Below are positions 29,879 to 47,472 of a stretch of DNA of 64,000 bases, in pieces. The notes beneath the pieces were generated by a model. It did no database searches. It was not told where the DNA came from and worked only from the letters and a program-made list of their open reading frames with translations. Numbering within the stretch: the stretch's first letter is position 1; each line of letters opens with the position of its first letter. This DNA comes from the human T2T-CHM13v2.0 reference genome, Homo sapiens. The translations under genes were made by a program, and so were the position numbers. Where the stretch lies: NCBI RefSeq assembly GCF_009914755.1, contig NC_060936.1; one strand, given 5' to 3'.

Positions 29879-31689
29879 AATATAAATTTATATTCACTGC
29901 TTTCAAAGCTATCCAGCTTAATAGTTTATTCTTATTTCTCACCATCCTTGCAGAATAAAAATAAAAGTCTATACATCTATTTTAGGGGTGCTTCCTGACA
30001 AGCCTTCTATAATAACTCCTTGCCCAAGGTGTTGTCCTATAAACTTCCACAAACCCATTCTCCCCACTGCAAATATTTCCTCTCGATACATCTACCTATG
30101 TATCCTGCTTAGTGCTGTATATGTTTAGAAGCCAGAGTTAAAAAAAGAAAACTACTATTTTTCCCATCCTCAACTCCAAATTCTGGTTTAACTGCTGTCA
30201 CCTTTTTTAACCAACATATTTATTAAATCTGAAAAAGGTATACAGCAAAATGAATGTGTCATTTAACTGAGTGTCAAAAGTAACAAAAACTATCTGTAAC
30301 ACAATTACTTGTGGAATGACCTGCTGATGGCTGGTTAAGGTTTACCAGGATTAAACAGGATTCTTAACTAGGAATTTTATTTTATTTTCTGATCTGAAGA
30401 TTAAATAAACCAGCTCCAGCTTTGCCCTAGGAATGCATGGGACTTTAAGAAATTAATTTTGCTTTCTGTAACATAGCCTGCTTATCTCTAAAAAGAATTA
30501 ATAATAACTGCACACTCAAAGGCATTGTGACCCCACCAGAAAGGCTCGGTACAAGCATAAGCTATTAAATCTCAAATCGGCAGATCTCACAGTAAAAGCA
30601 GACATATTAACAACACAGTGTTGAGGCAAAATTTTGAAAAGGCAGGAGTTTTAAACATACACACACTCACAAAAGAATGCCTTATTGCTACCCAATGACC
30701 CGATGATCGGGTATTTTTCTTCCTCCTAGAAAGCCTTGCCTTCCAGGTGCTAAAGAAAGCCAGTCTGGAAGCTTATTTTTACAATCAGCCCAATTCTTCT
30801 AGTTACTCAAGGAGAACGTGTTAAGGGGTTCTTCCCTTTGCATAGGAAAATAGCACTTGTAAATCACCAATAGTTGAATTAAGATCTCTGACTGCTTTTT
30901 CAATTTGTGGTGATGTAAATTAAGAGATTTTAGAGAAAAATCACTTTTCCACGCAGTAAGAGCACTATTTTGCAGCATTACTAATTAAGAGCATACAAGC
31001 TGTGGAGTCAGATTATAGTTCTATTGCTGTTCTGCTTGTACCATCATATACAAAGGCCTCACTCAATCCAATGTGTTCCTCCATTAGGGCACGCTTTGTC
31101 CAGTAGGGCCCGTGTCTTTTTCATCAATAATCCATGCTCTTCCCTCTTCCTTCTCAACCAAACTCCTCCAAAGAGCTTTAACCCAGGGAGGCTGGCAGTG
31201 CATAGTTTCAGCCTTTGTCCTCACCATCTTTTTAACACCTTTCCCCACCCCCAGCCAGCAGTCATCATGAGGACCTTCCTCAATCCAAGCCCAACCTGCA
31301 TCCCTTTCTAGTATGTTGCAATAAATAAATATATTTCTAAATGTGTGATAATCCAGGAACTAACAGCCTGAGAGTGCCCAATTATAATAGATCAATTAAT
31401 ACCCTAAGAATATAAGGCTAAACTTCTGAAAAATCCTGTCCTATTTCAGTTCTCTTGGACCTATTAAGAACAAGTAGACATGACAATAATTTAGGTTTCC
31501 TGCAGTAAAAAGTAACATCAAACAAATTAACACTCCAAGAGATGACGCAACTGTTACCTGGGGAGCACACTGAGAATGGCATAGCAGCTCCTGAGATTGG
31601 GGTGTGTTTCAAATGACATAATGGGTAACTGCTGTTTCTCCAGCTAACAATATAAACCCAGCAATGAAGGATATTTTCAAAGCACCCAC

Positions 31690-31853
31690 CTTGTTGAGGA
31701 CATCTCGCTGGCAGCCAAGATAAAGATTGGGAAGAATTCGGGTTGGCCCAATGTTGGCAACAGGTAAGCAAGGCTGAGAAATGCAGGTAGGGACTAGAGT
31801 GGATTTTCCTTCACAGAGGCCAGGGAAACAACGAGAGAACTCAGCAAACCCAC
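31690..31853 (-). CDS. DUSP16: DUSP16 exon 4 (164 nt)
   Basis: ttcttag|GTGGGT...AACAAG|gtgggt; (G)GFAEFSRCFPGLCEGK...GPTRILPNLYLGCQRDVLNK; phase consistent with neighbours. Confidence 0.97.
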
Positions 31854-32880
31854 CTAAGAATAAACATTATAAAATTATAAAAAATTATGCCACGCACAAA
31901 ATAAAAACCAGCTTTCTGTGAACTGCTCAAACAGTTTAAACCCACGAATCCAAGTGGATATCACTGCACACCTATTCCTGGCTACAGCTGCTGATGCTAA
32001 GACTGAAGCATAATCCAGCACTAGGCCTGGCCTATAACGCTACCATGGGGATAGGCAAGTCCTGAAGGCACTTATAATGAATGACTCCTCTCTCTCAGAT
32101 ATTCTCTTCATCTTCACATACCCTACAACATTTGCTCCCCACTCCCCATGCAAATGTTTTTTTTTGTAAAACATAAAGAGGATTTAAAGTTAGTAGCAAG
32201 TAACCAAGCCAATAATTCACAGAAGCAGAATGGGGATGTAAGAAATGAAAACTGAGGCTGAATGCAACTTCTTCAAAATAAAATTGATCGAGTCAAAAAT
32301 TCTTTCTACAACTAACTTTAAATCTTCTTACCATACAAATTTTTTACTGCAAAGGTATCACAAACATACTCCCACCTACGAATATTCTATCAAGTTCTGG
32401 GGATTCCCTGGGCAGTTAGTCAAGGTCTCCATAATTACCACTGATGTCTGGAGAGCTCCCGTTCATCTCAGCAAGCACTATAAAGAAGTGCTGACAGACT
32501 AATTGCTTAGGGTGCAGGAAGGCTTTGTGGCAAGATTACTGAACTCAGAATTAGAAGAATTCAGTTTTTTCTAGTCCTGTCCTTACAATGATCTGCTCTA
32601 TGACCTTCACTAAGTCACAGTCTTGCCACCACTCAATGGAGTGAAATCTATGTAGCCAAAGGAGGTGCTTTCACTCCCTCCGGGAAAAGAAAAAATGAGT
32701 AAGGTTATTTGCTTTCCAATCTAAATATTCCTTGCTGTCCAAACCCAAACACCAAACAGATTCTGATAAATTTTCAGATATACGCCTTGCTATTCAAACC
32801 CTCGCTATTCACTAAGTCCGAATCAAGGAGATTTGGATGACGGGATCCTCGTATATTTTTAACATTAAATTTAAAAACAA

Positions 32881-33270
<390 letters not shown>

Positions 33271-33721
33271 TTATCTTCATCTCTTTGAGTTATATTGTAT
33301 TAGACTTTCTCCCACTTCAAGAAACACACAAAATATGCCCTTGAAAACTGCTAGAAGTGCAGGAAGTTGAGAGGGAATCATCTTTCATTATGCCCTGTAT
33401 TATGTTTAATTCAAGCATAATTCAGCCAGACGCCTGTCTCTACTGTCTAGGCTCAGTGCAGGGTCCTCAATGCAACAAGTTAGAATGGTAGGCAGTTGAC
33501 AACTATGCCACCTGCAGAATGTAAAAAGAGTGGCCTGGCCTCCAACCTGACCAAGTGTCTTTCTATATATTTTTTAACACAGAAGCAGTTAAAGCTCTTC
33601 CACTTACTGAAGTTCTTAAGGTAATCTGATAGGCAGAATACATGGATCCATTATAGAAATCACAAATTCCTTTGTGTCACAGGCCCTCAGGATACCTGCA
33701 CCTTACAGTTTCATGGTTTCA

Positions 33722-34689
<968 letters not shown>

Positions 34690-35399
34690 TAGCGCCATCT
34701 GTGGGGCCTTCCTCCACCTTTGAGCTGCGGCTGTTTAGCTACACCTCCTTAGTATTCATCTGAGACAAAAAGTGGAAAAAGGAATGCCTGTAAGGTTAAC
34801 TTCCCAAAGTGTGCCCCAGAGCACTGGCGTCCTGCAAGAAGCTGACAGACAGGATAGCGGTCTAAAAAGTGAGAGAAATATTGTATATCCTAGCTCCCTG
34901 GCAGAGTCAGAGCACATGTTAACTTACTAAAGGTTCTAAAAAGTATTTTCAAAGAAACTGGTTTCATTTATTGAAGTCTAGTAAGTTTCCCCAAACTTAT
35001 CTGACCATGGAATTCCCCCTAAAATATATTAATAGCTAGTAGAATTCACACTTACAAAATGCTACGCTAGGGTCAAAGCAACTACTGAAATGGAGTCAAT
35101 CAGAACTCCTGTACTTACAAGTACAACCCACAGACAATCTCAAAAAAAGGGGGTCAGCCAATATTGGTATATAAGTGCCCACTGTTTAGAATTTATGCTT
35201 TTGTTTCTATTCGTGTTTTGTTCCTTTTCAGTCTCTCTAATTGAATAACACAGTCATTATTTAAGTGAGTTTTTTCCCCAAGGTAGTTCTTGTAACAATA
35301 AATGTTAAAGATTCTCATCATTCTTTGCTTTTCTTACACCTACCCAACCTAACAACTGTCAGGCACTATTTTAATTACAATTAAATTGTATGATGTTAA

Positions 35400-36223
<824 letters not shown>

Positions 36224-38685
36224 CTAAGCACTCTATAGGTATTTACACACTCTTACAGCTGCCCTATGAGATAGGTGTTACTACTAATCCCATTTATAGA
36301 TAAGGCTCAGAATCACATAATATAGGCTCAGAATCACGTAATATAATAACCGGAAGAGCCAGGTTATAAGTCTACTTTTCTAAATCCTATGGAATTACTT
36401 TCAACTCTCCCTTGGATGCAGGGACAGCCTTGCTGATGATATTCATGGGGTCCTGGCCTCCCCAGCTGTGACCAGGCTAAAAAGGCCATGGTCCTCTCCC
36501 AAACTGATGGAAGAGCCTTGTTTCCCCAAAGCTATATCGCTCAAAGGCTTCAATGAGGGAGAAGGAAGAAGATCCGACAAGAACAGAGAAAGGAGAATCT
36601 CTTTAAAGGCAATTTCACATGACACCAATAACAAAGTTTACAGATGAACTGGTTGAAATGTAAATATGGTCACTGGTTTGTTCATGACCACCATTTACAA
36701 GTTGGTAGTAGACCTTGGCTGTCAGGTCACCCCCCACAGAACAACTTTCAGAGGAGATGCAATTCTGCAATAATCATAAACTGAGCCATCAGCCAGGCTG
36801 TTCGAGGTCCAGTTCTATCGTTAATTGGTACAGTGATCCTAGATCACTTTGATTTCAGTGGACCTCAAAAGTAAGTGTGGCTCTAGAAAGTTCTAAGACA
36901 GAGAACAGAAAGGAGAGAAAGAAACCATTGTTCAGCTTCAAAACAAAAGAGCCAAACAAAACAACACTACACTGTAAAACACATTATAAAACAAAAAGAA
37001 GCCTCTTTTTCACAAATCTTTCTCAACTGATATCTAGAACAAACTCAAACAAATATTTAAAAATATTTAACAGATTTAGCTGCAATCAGAACATTCATTT
37101 AGTGCTCAGTTTGGCTTGAAATGTCCCAGACTGGCTCCCAGTCACTTCCAGAAAACCCTACCTCAGCCAGAGCACATTTTCACTGATCTTTATCTATGAC
37201 AATGTTCCACTCTGCTGACATCCTCCTTCATTGACAGTTTTTTCCATTCACTGACCTTTCATTCACTGCTGCACTCTAGTGACTCCAGTTTCGTTTCATT
37301 AATTAACAACAGATGAGACACTGCCTGATTTCCCTTGGACCTCTAAAAACTAACTGTGGCCTCACCAGCAACTCAGTTTTGAAACATGCTTAAAATGTCC
37401 CTCTTCCTTTCGTAAGTTCTCTTACAAACAAGATCCACTTCAGAAGAAAAGTTCATTTATGCAAACGTTCTGCTCCAAATGGCTAACGGAGACAAAGAAT
37501 CAAGCGTCCTCTTATCTGCCCTTATCATAACTTTGTTGTCCCAGGGACTCCAAGCTAGATTCCATTACAAGACATAACATCAGTCCGTTATCCGCTATTT
37601 ACTGTGAAAAGCAGTACCGAAAAACTGATAAGCTTCTTGAAAAAATTTGCGCCTATTTTTTAAAGTTGTCTGAAGACTTGGCTCACTGTCCAATCTTGCC
37701 AAGTTTCTCCTATTCCTAATTTTATGCTGTTTATCATCTGGGAATGCAGAAAACAAAGTCATAGTAACCCACATGTGTTTCCCTAACATGGACCTGAACC
37801 TAAGAATGACTGTGCCCCCTACTCTGGAAGTATCTGTGCTAAGAGGAAGGAAGACAAATACACAGCTATTTCCAGCCTGCTGAGAAACAGGGATGGGCAG
37901 TCCCTGCAGGCAGAGAAGCGTCTTGGCCTCTACAGCTGTGGATGCACAGGCAGCCAGACCGCAATGCTAAAACCCATGTTTCTGTTAGTCTTCCATAAAT
38001 CCAACCAAAAGAATGCATGTTTACAAATAAAAACATAGATACTACTTCCGACACAGAAAACATCTGGTACAGCTTCTAAGGCATTCCTCATTTAGATAAC
38101 ACCTTCTCCTAATTCAGCCATGAAAACGTCTTCCCTTAAGATCACCTCCTTCACAATTCCAATTATAAATATGATTTTCTGTAAAAGCAAACGTGAACCA
38201 CCATTCCATTTTGGGGGGGAAAAATCTGCCAAGTAAAATAAAATACATATAACAACTCTACTAAACAATTCCAATTAGTCACTCTTTTCTCTTCCCTCTC
38301 ACCCATGCAATCAGTTATATATCACAGTATTTTCTTTAAATGAAAGTATATTTACATAATAAACAAAAGTAGCACTTTACTGTGGCTTACTGATATTCTT
38401 AAAATGTTTTTAAGGCCAAAGTTCTAAAAATAGATCCCTCTCCTTTTAGCAGTTCCATGACTTTAAAGATGGTTTCCTGCAGGGAGAGACAGAGGGCCTT
38501 TCCACTCATGCCTTCATTTAAATAGGGAGCAAGTCACTAGGGATTTATCAACTGGCAGAGCCGCCTTCAAGGAAGGCAGAATCAAAGAGAACTGCCCTCC
38601 CACCCTATATTGTGAATGGATTCCATGGTTATACAAAGAAATAATATTGATATAAAGCTCTACTTTATGGAAGACATTTTCCTAA

Positions 38686-39101
<416 letters not shown>

Positions 39102-39970
39102 TAGTTTAATTCTTTTGTAAAACAAAACTCCCTTTTTGTAACATAAACACAATCCTTTCATTTGCTTATTTTAGAATATATGTGAAAAACTAGAGTACAC
39201 CTTCACCTGTAGAGGACAGTTCTCTCTTCTCTCCATACTGGAAAGAAAATCTGTTGCTTTACCATCACACAAAGGAGACAACTCTAACATTAAAAATGGA
39301 AAATACTGAAAATGTTTATTTTGCAGTAAAGTACTTTAATTGCTCTTAAGAGTAATTCTGTTATGCCTCAGTCTGACATGTCTGATTTAGGCAACTTTAT
39401 TCTCTAGACACTCAAAAACAGACTAAAGTATGGTCACAATTCTTTCGGGATCAGCAGACAGTAAACATGGAGAGTTGAAACTAGTTGAAGAAAAGAAAAG
39501 AAAAAAAAAAGCAACATAATTTCATACCCCTAAAGAAAGCAAACAAAATATGTAACTAATGTTTCAATGTAGATACTTTGGTCTGGATAAGCCAAGCCAC
39601 ACAGGTTTGGTAAATTACTCCTAGGAAGGTAGAGAGCATAGCATTTTTTCCACAGCATTAGCAGCATTCCACCTTTTCCCATATAGCCAACTCTCCAATT
39701 GAGCCATACTAAAGAGAAAAATCCCAAATGATCTAAAGCATTAATTTAAAGCTCTTATTCCATCCACCCCCATCTACTGGAGCACAGACCAAGAGGAGAG
39801 TGGATAGATACGCATTTCTCTTTCAGGAAGGCTGACAAGTAGCCTACATCTCACAAAACTTATCCCATAAATGACACCTCCAAAAGAGCTTGCCCTATAT
39901 TAAACAACCCTATCACGTGACACAGTTGGGAAATGGGAAATTCTATCTAATTTTGGTATTAGGACATATG

Positions 39971-40010
39971 CAACAGTTATGACATACACAACAGTTATGA
40001 CATACACAAC
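39971..40010. repeat. Perfect 18-bp tandem duplication caacagttatgacataca x2.2
   Basis: Direct reading. Confidence 0.95.
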
Positions 40011-43000
40011 AAATGAATGAAAAATTTTCAAAGCACCAGCAGACAAATCACTAAACACTAAAATTATGCAACTTATAATTTCTTATGACTCAGAATGTCC
40101 AGATCTTATAACTCAGGATAATATTTAAATCAACTCCATCAGCAACATCCAGATGTGTTATTCAAGAAGGAAGAGTTCTCAGAAGATGTAGACTGGTAAC
40201 TATTCTGCTGATCTTTTAAATTGGCAATACATAACTATGCCCAGAAAAACTCCTCTTAAACGTCCTGAAACAAAGATTGTTCTAAAGACTGCAACCAGAA
40301 TAACCCATCAAAAGGAATACAGCCAGAATCTACCACTTGGCTGAACAGAATTAACAAGCTCTGTAGGTAGGAGAGCCAGAGTCACAGAGTCTCCCTACTA
40401 TTTTCCTAACACATCTGTGCTTTCCCGCCTTTAGGCTTTTGAAAAGTCAACCTTTCCAATCCATTTTGTATTTCCTTCTAAACCACAGGCAAGCACAAGT
40501 TACACCTCTTCTATAGCAGTATGGTCCCAAAATTTTTTTACCAGGATCAACAAAATACATTTTACACTCAAACCCTCTGAACACCTACACATACTCACCA
40601 CTAAGACAAAAGTTTCATGATACTATCTTCCCTAATTCTGTTGCGTTTAAAGAAAAAAAAAAAACAAACTTCCTTGAGCAGCGTATCTAGACATGGTCCA
40701 GCTTAGAGGCTCTATAAAATTTATACCAATCATTTGGCAGTACCTACCACTGACCTAGTAACTGTGAAATAACTGTGTATGTGTTGTGACCCGTCTTACT
40801 TCTCCAGCTATTGTGAGCTGCTTATGGATAAGAATTATCCATAATTCTTTGTAATTACCTCAGCATTTAGCATAGTGCCTGGCACATAATTAGAATTCAA
40901 TAAATGTTTATTGAATCCTTCCTTGTTACAATGAATAGCTGTTGATGGACATAAGTCTTGTATATTTTTGGTGTTCCGAAGGATTTCCTGATTCCATTCA
41001 AAGCCAAAAGCTAGTTGGTGTGGGTGGGGGCACAAAATCTGCTTCCTATTCCTAGACCACAATGCCCCAGAAGACTCTCAGGGTGAGTGAGGAGGCACAG
41101 GGCAAGAAAAAAACATTTTTTCTTCTACTACAGGAAAAAAGATAAAATTGGCGAGTGTCACTTTGGTTATCCAAAAGCGACACTGAATCCTTACTATGAT
41201 TCTGCTGTATCCACAGGACTTTACATAAAAGGGAAAGAAAATTTTTTCTGATGCCCCTAAATGGCGCAGGACTCCACACCGGTGTGGAGAGTCCCGTAAT
41301 ATATCTCCATGGCTCAGGGAATCAGGGCACATCCCATAGGAAACCAATGAGACACCAACTATGATTATACCCCAGATGAGGATGGTGTGGCTGCTGGACA
41401 TGTCTATAATCATCATCAAAATGGATAATGAAATGAGATTATCCATAGGGGAAACTTGATGAGTCAAGAGGAAAAAGGAATACAAGTCTAGTGTCTGGAG
41501 AATTATTCAAGAATAAAATCTGACTAACTTGTAAACTGTCCATGAATCACACTATACAGCTCACTTCTCAGGCTATCCATGTGAAGCGCAAAGCTTTCTA
41601 AGCCATCTAGCCACAGGCTCTCCCCTAAGACCACTTCTGTATATTCCACTCTGTGTACAGTCCTCCTCTTTGGCCAACTACACATTTTGACAAGAGACGT
41701 CATAGAGCAGTGAGGGAGAAAGGGATAACTGCGTTTCACATATAAGTTCAAAAAACACTTAATAGCACCTACTATGAGTTTGACATAGCGCTAGGTAATG
41801 GAACAGTGGTGACCAAGACAGAGAGCCTTCTCTGGAGTTGACAGTTTTATGGGATAAACTTTAACCAAATAATTAGATGAATAATTAACTAATTATGGTA
41901 AGTGGCCAAAGGCATATGGAAACCAACTTTGCCTGGTAGCTAGGGAAGGCTTGACAACCACATTGAATCTAGCAGGAAAACAACTAGGTAAATAGCAGAG
42001 AGAAGAGCCCAGGGCAGAGGACAGAGCCTCTGTGAAGGCCCAGGGTGCATGATGTCTTAGGTTTAGAGCAACAGGGAGGAGGCCTAAGGAGCTGAGGCAA
42101 AACAACAACTGAGGACTTAAAGTGGCACTGGATGAAGTTAGCAAGGTAGGCAGAAGCCAGCCACTGCAGGGCCTTGTGAATCAGTTAAAAATTTTGTAAC
42201 TTATCTTAAGAGCACTGCATATTATTGATGCATATTAAACTGGGAAGTGATGTAATCTGAATTAGTTAAAAACACAAAATAAAAATGTAACTTTGGCTGC
42301 AGTGTGAGCAATGGATTGGAAGGTGGCAAGACAGAGCATGTGAACAGATCAGTTAAGAGGCTCCTGGAGCAACCTGGGGGAGGAATAACATTCAACTGAC
42401 TTCATGGTAGCAGAAGACCAGAAAACCAGACAGACCGAAGAGGTTGGAAGAAAGATCTGGTGACTAAGAGATGACAGGTATTGCAGCCATATCTCCAATA
42501 GCTCACAATACCCATCACCTTAAAGTACAAATTCTTCCTTCTGATTTAAAGAGCTTACATAATTTGATCTCATGTCCTCTCAATTCCCATTTCTCTCCTT
42601 CACAAAAAATCCACTCTGGTCTGCTCACTGCCCCTCCAAATCTATGTTCATTCCTGACATTTTTAATCATGTTCTTTCCCCCTCAGAATGCGCAGAACCC
42701 TCCCTACCCAAATCTTACTCCTCATCTTTCAAGGTTTGATTAAAATTCCACTGCCCTAATCAAGTCTTCCCTGACTTCTGCAGACTACTCTGAATCATCC
42801 CTTATCACTGTATCATACATTTTAGCAAATGATCATATACTTCTCTTTCTTTCATCCACTTTAGGTGCATTTCCCCAAATTAACCACTACATTCTCAAAG
42901 GCAGGGGCAAGCCTTTTGCTTTTCCAATATCTTCACCCCCGAGAGCCCAGTCCAAGGCACAGCCATGGAGGCACCCATCAAATATTGAGAGGCTGAGTGA

Positions 43001-43366
43001 GTGAAAGGGCTGAAGAATATGCTGGACCTGGTGTTTCTCTAGACTACACAGCTGCCCCACCTGGGGCAAGGGAAGATTGATGTCACTGTTGTCATCTGGG
43101 ATGCTTTTGTTTGGTTTGTGCACAATATCAGGATGGGGAACCAAAGGACTATCTTTAAGCTTTAGTTGGCTCTCTAGTCTGTTTGTTTCAAAAGACAATC
43201 TCAAGCATGTGTCTTAGCCACTGGTAGCTGGGAAGAGACATGACTGACTCTCCACACTGGCAGATAGCAATCGGAGAAAAGATGATCCAATTTAGACGAA
43301 TTCATGCCAACTGAGACTCAGAAACAGAGCCAGAAATACACAGCAGCCAGTGAGCAAACAGCACCT

Positions 43367-43862
43367 TTTTCCCCAGCTTTATTGAAGTATGATTAACAAA
43401 CAAAAATTTTATCTGTTTAAGGTGTACAGCATGATGATGTGATATACATATACACTTGGAATGACTACCTTACCTCACATAGCCATGCTCTTTTTGTTGT
43501 GGTGAGAACACTTAAGATCTACTCTTTCAGCAAATTTGAAGTATATGATACGTTTATTGTCAACCGTAGTCACCATGCTGTACAATAGGTCTCTAGAACT
43601 TACTCATCATATCACTGAAAGTCTGTACTCTTTAAGCAGCATCTCCCCATTACCCCAGCCCTCCAGCCCCTGGTAACCACCGTTCTACTGTTTTCATGAG
43701 TTTGACTCTTTTAGATCCACATGTGATACCATGCAGTATTTGTCTTTCTGTGTCTGGCTTATTTCAATTAGCATAATGTCCTCCAGGTTCACCCATATTG
43801 TTGCAAAATGGTAGGATTTCCTTCTTTTTTAAGGCTGAATATTCCATTGTGTGTGTATGTGT
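43367..43862 (-). mobile_element. L1MA/MB 3'-end fragment
   Basis: gtcaccatgctgtacaatag...tttgtctttctgtgtctggcttatttc L1M 3'UTR motifs. Confidence 0.85.
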
Positions 43863-45836
43863 GCATACAGCATCTATTTTTAGTCTGTTTTCAGTGACTC
43901 TCAGTCACTGTAGTTTTTTAGACCCAAGAGCAGCCAGTTCCTTAATAATTGGCATACTTTTACTGAAATCCATTAATTTCAATCTCATTTACCAAGTTCT
44001 ACAGGATTCGAAATGGAATTACTGAAGATTTCCCTTCTCCAGACAAAGGAGAAGAAACACCAAACTAGATAACAGAATTTATGGTAATAGCACAAAGAGC
44101 AAAATCCATAACCAGGAAGATCAGGTTCTATCATACCTCCATGAGGAAGGACAGTAATCAATTCTATTAAACCAAAAGTATACATTTATTACACAGAACT
44201 GTCATCAGAATCTAGATCCTTATTAAATTGAAAATGTGTAGAGTCTAATACATTTTTGTTCACTCGTAGGTCTAACTACAATAGTTAAGTTCAACTCAAA
44301 ACGAAGAAATGAGTATTTGGCCTTTAACCATAGCAAACATTAATCGAAGACCTTTGCTGTGTTCTTAATAAATGGTATCTTCTATCCTTATTCACAGCTA
44401 TACACCAGCATAAAACAGAGTAGACTTTTACTTGATGATCTCTTCTGGCTAACATAGTTTAATGCTTTAAAACAATTTATATACAGTGTATTTTTATAGA
44501 TTGCTATATTCTATAAAGTATGAAGAATATGACTGAAATTCTCAAAAAGACTGAGAAAGAGCTATTACAAAAAGAGCCTTTCAGAATAAGCCTGATCTGA
44601 AATGGGCACCCTTGATTCCCAATCTAGCCTCCTGACAAAATTCCAGAAGACTCTGGAATTACTTGTGGATGTGGGCCTTGGGCAGCAAGAGCTTGGGAGA
44701 GTCACTCAGCAGCTCTGTTATTTTCCTCATTTGTAAATGAAAGGGCTGAAGTCTGTGGTTCATTTATGGTTTTCTCCCGCAATCGCTGTAGGGTTATTCT
44801 GTGCTGCATCACAGGACAGAAGGGAGTGCTGTGGAATTAATAAGCCTGGCAGAGCCCTTTTGCTTTTACTCAGGCTGTACTGGGGAAAGAGAAGGACATA
44901 GTAGAACAGCATTTTTCACATGCAGGTTGATCTTTATTTCTACTAAATTAACCCATTTACTCTCTTTTCCATATGTCAGCATAAAATAAAAGCCCAAATT
45001 CAATAGTTTTCCTTTTTTTCACATATATTTACTTCTAATCTGGCGCTCTTAGAAATAGACAAGTAGAATAAACTGATACATAGTGAATAAGTAAAAGCCA
45101 AGAAACAAGTTTATTTTTCAGAGAACTAGTTTTCTGCAGGTTGTTGAAAACACCAAAAAAGTTGCTCAATAAATCAATGTTGGCAACTGATTTTTTGGGT
45201 TTTCAAACTCATACTGATAAGTTTCTTATTTTTTTTTGAAGGATAGTCTTTTAGACTATTGATACAGAAATTTCACATCCATTGTCTAATACAATCCTCA
45301 TAATAAGGCAAGCGTTATTATCTCTTTTTAGGAGCTGAAAAAATACAAGATAATTCAGGTTAAATGACTTATCCAAAGTTGCCATAAGGAGCAGAGACAC
45401 ACACAGAAAACACAGGCTACAGCTTTGACCCCTAGTCCATTGTTCTTTCCAGCTTAAAGGGATTTCCTCAATGCAGATGTTAGATCACCTAGGGAATGGG
45501 TGTGGGCATGGCACTGAGTTGATCAGAAGACCCTGAAACCTTCTGCAGATGCAGATACAGAGCCTGTGCTCAGGTAATACCTTTACCACTAGGACCTAGT
45601 TTTTCTTCCTCCTGCTCTTTTCTGATCCTTTTTCTTTAGTCAATATCTAAAGTTTAGCAGTAACACGAAAGATATTACCAACCCTTGAAAATGGTTCCTT
45701 TTTTGGATTCTCCAATCCCCATCTCTCCCCTTCCCCTCAATCTTAAATCTTACATCTGCAGGAGAAAAAACAAGAACAGGCCCGGCACATGGCATAGAGC
45801 ATGGCACTACCTCTCTCTAGCTCTACCTTGTGTAAT

Positions 45837-47472
<1,636 letters not shown>

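Noticed and set aside
30698-30712. Palindrome ACCCGAT-G-ATCGGGT
   Set aside because: 7-bp arms are expected by chance in 64 kb.
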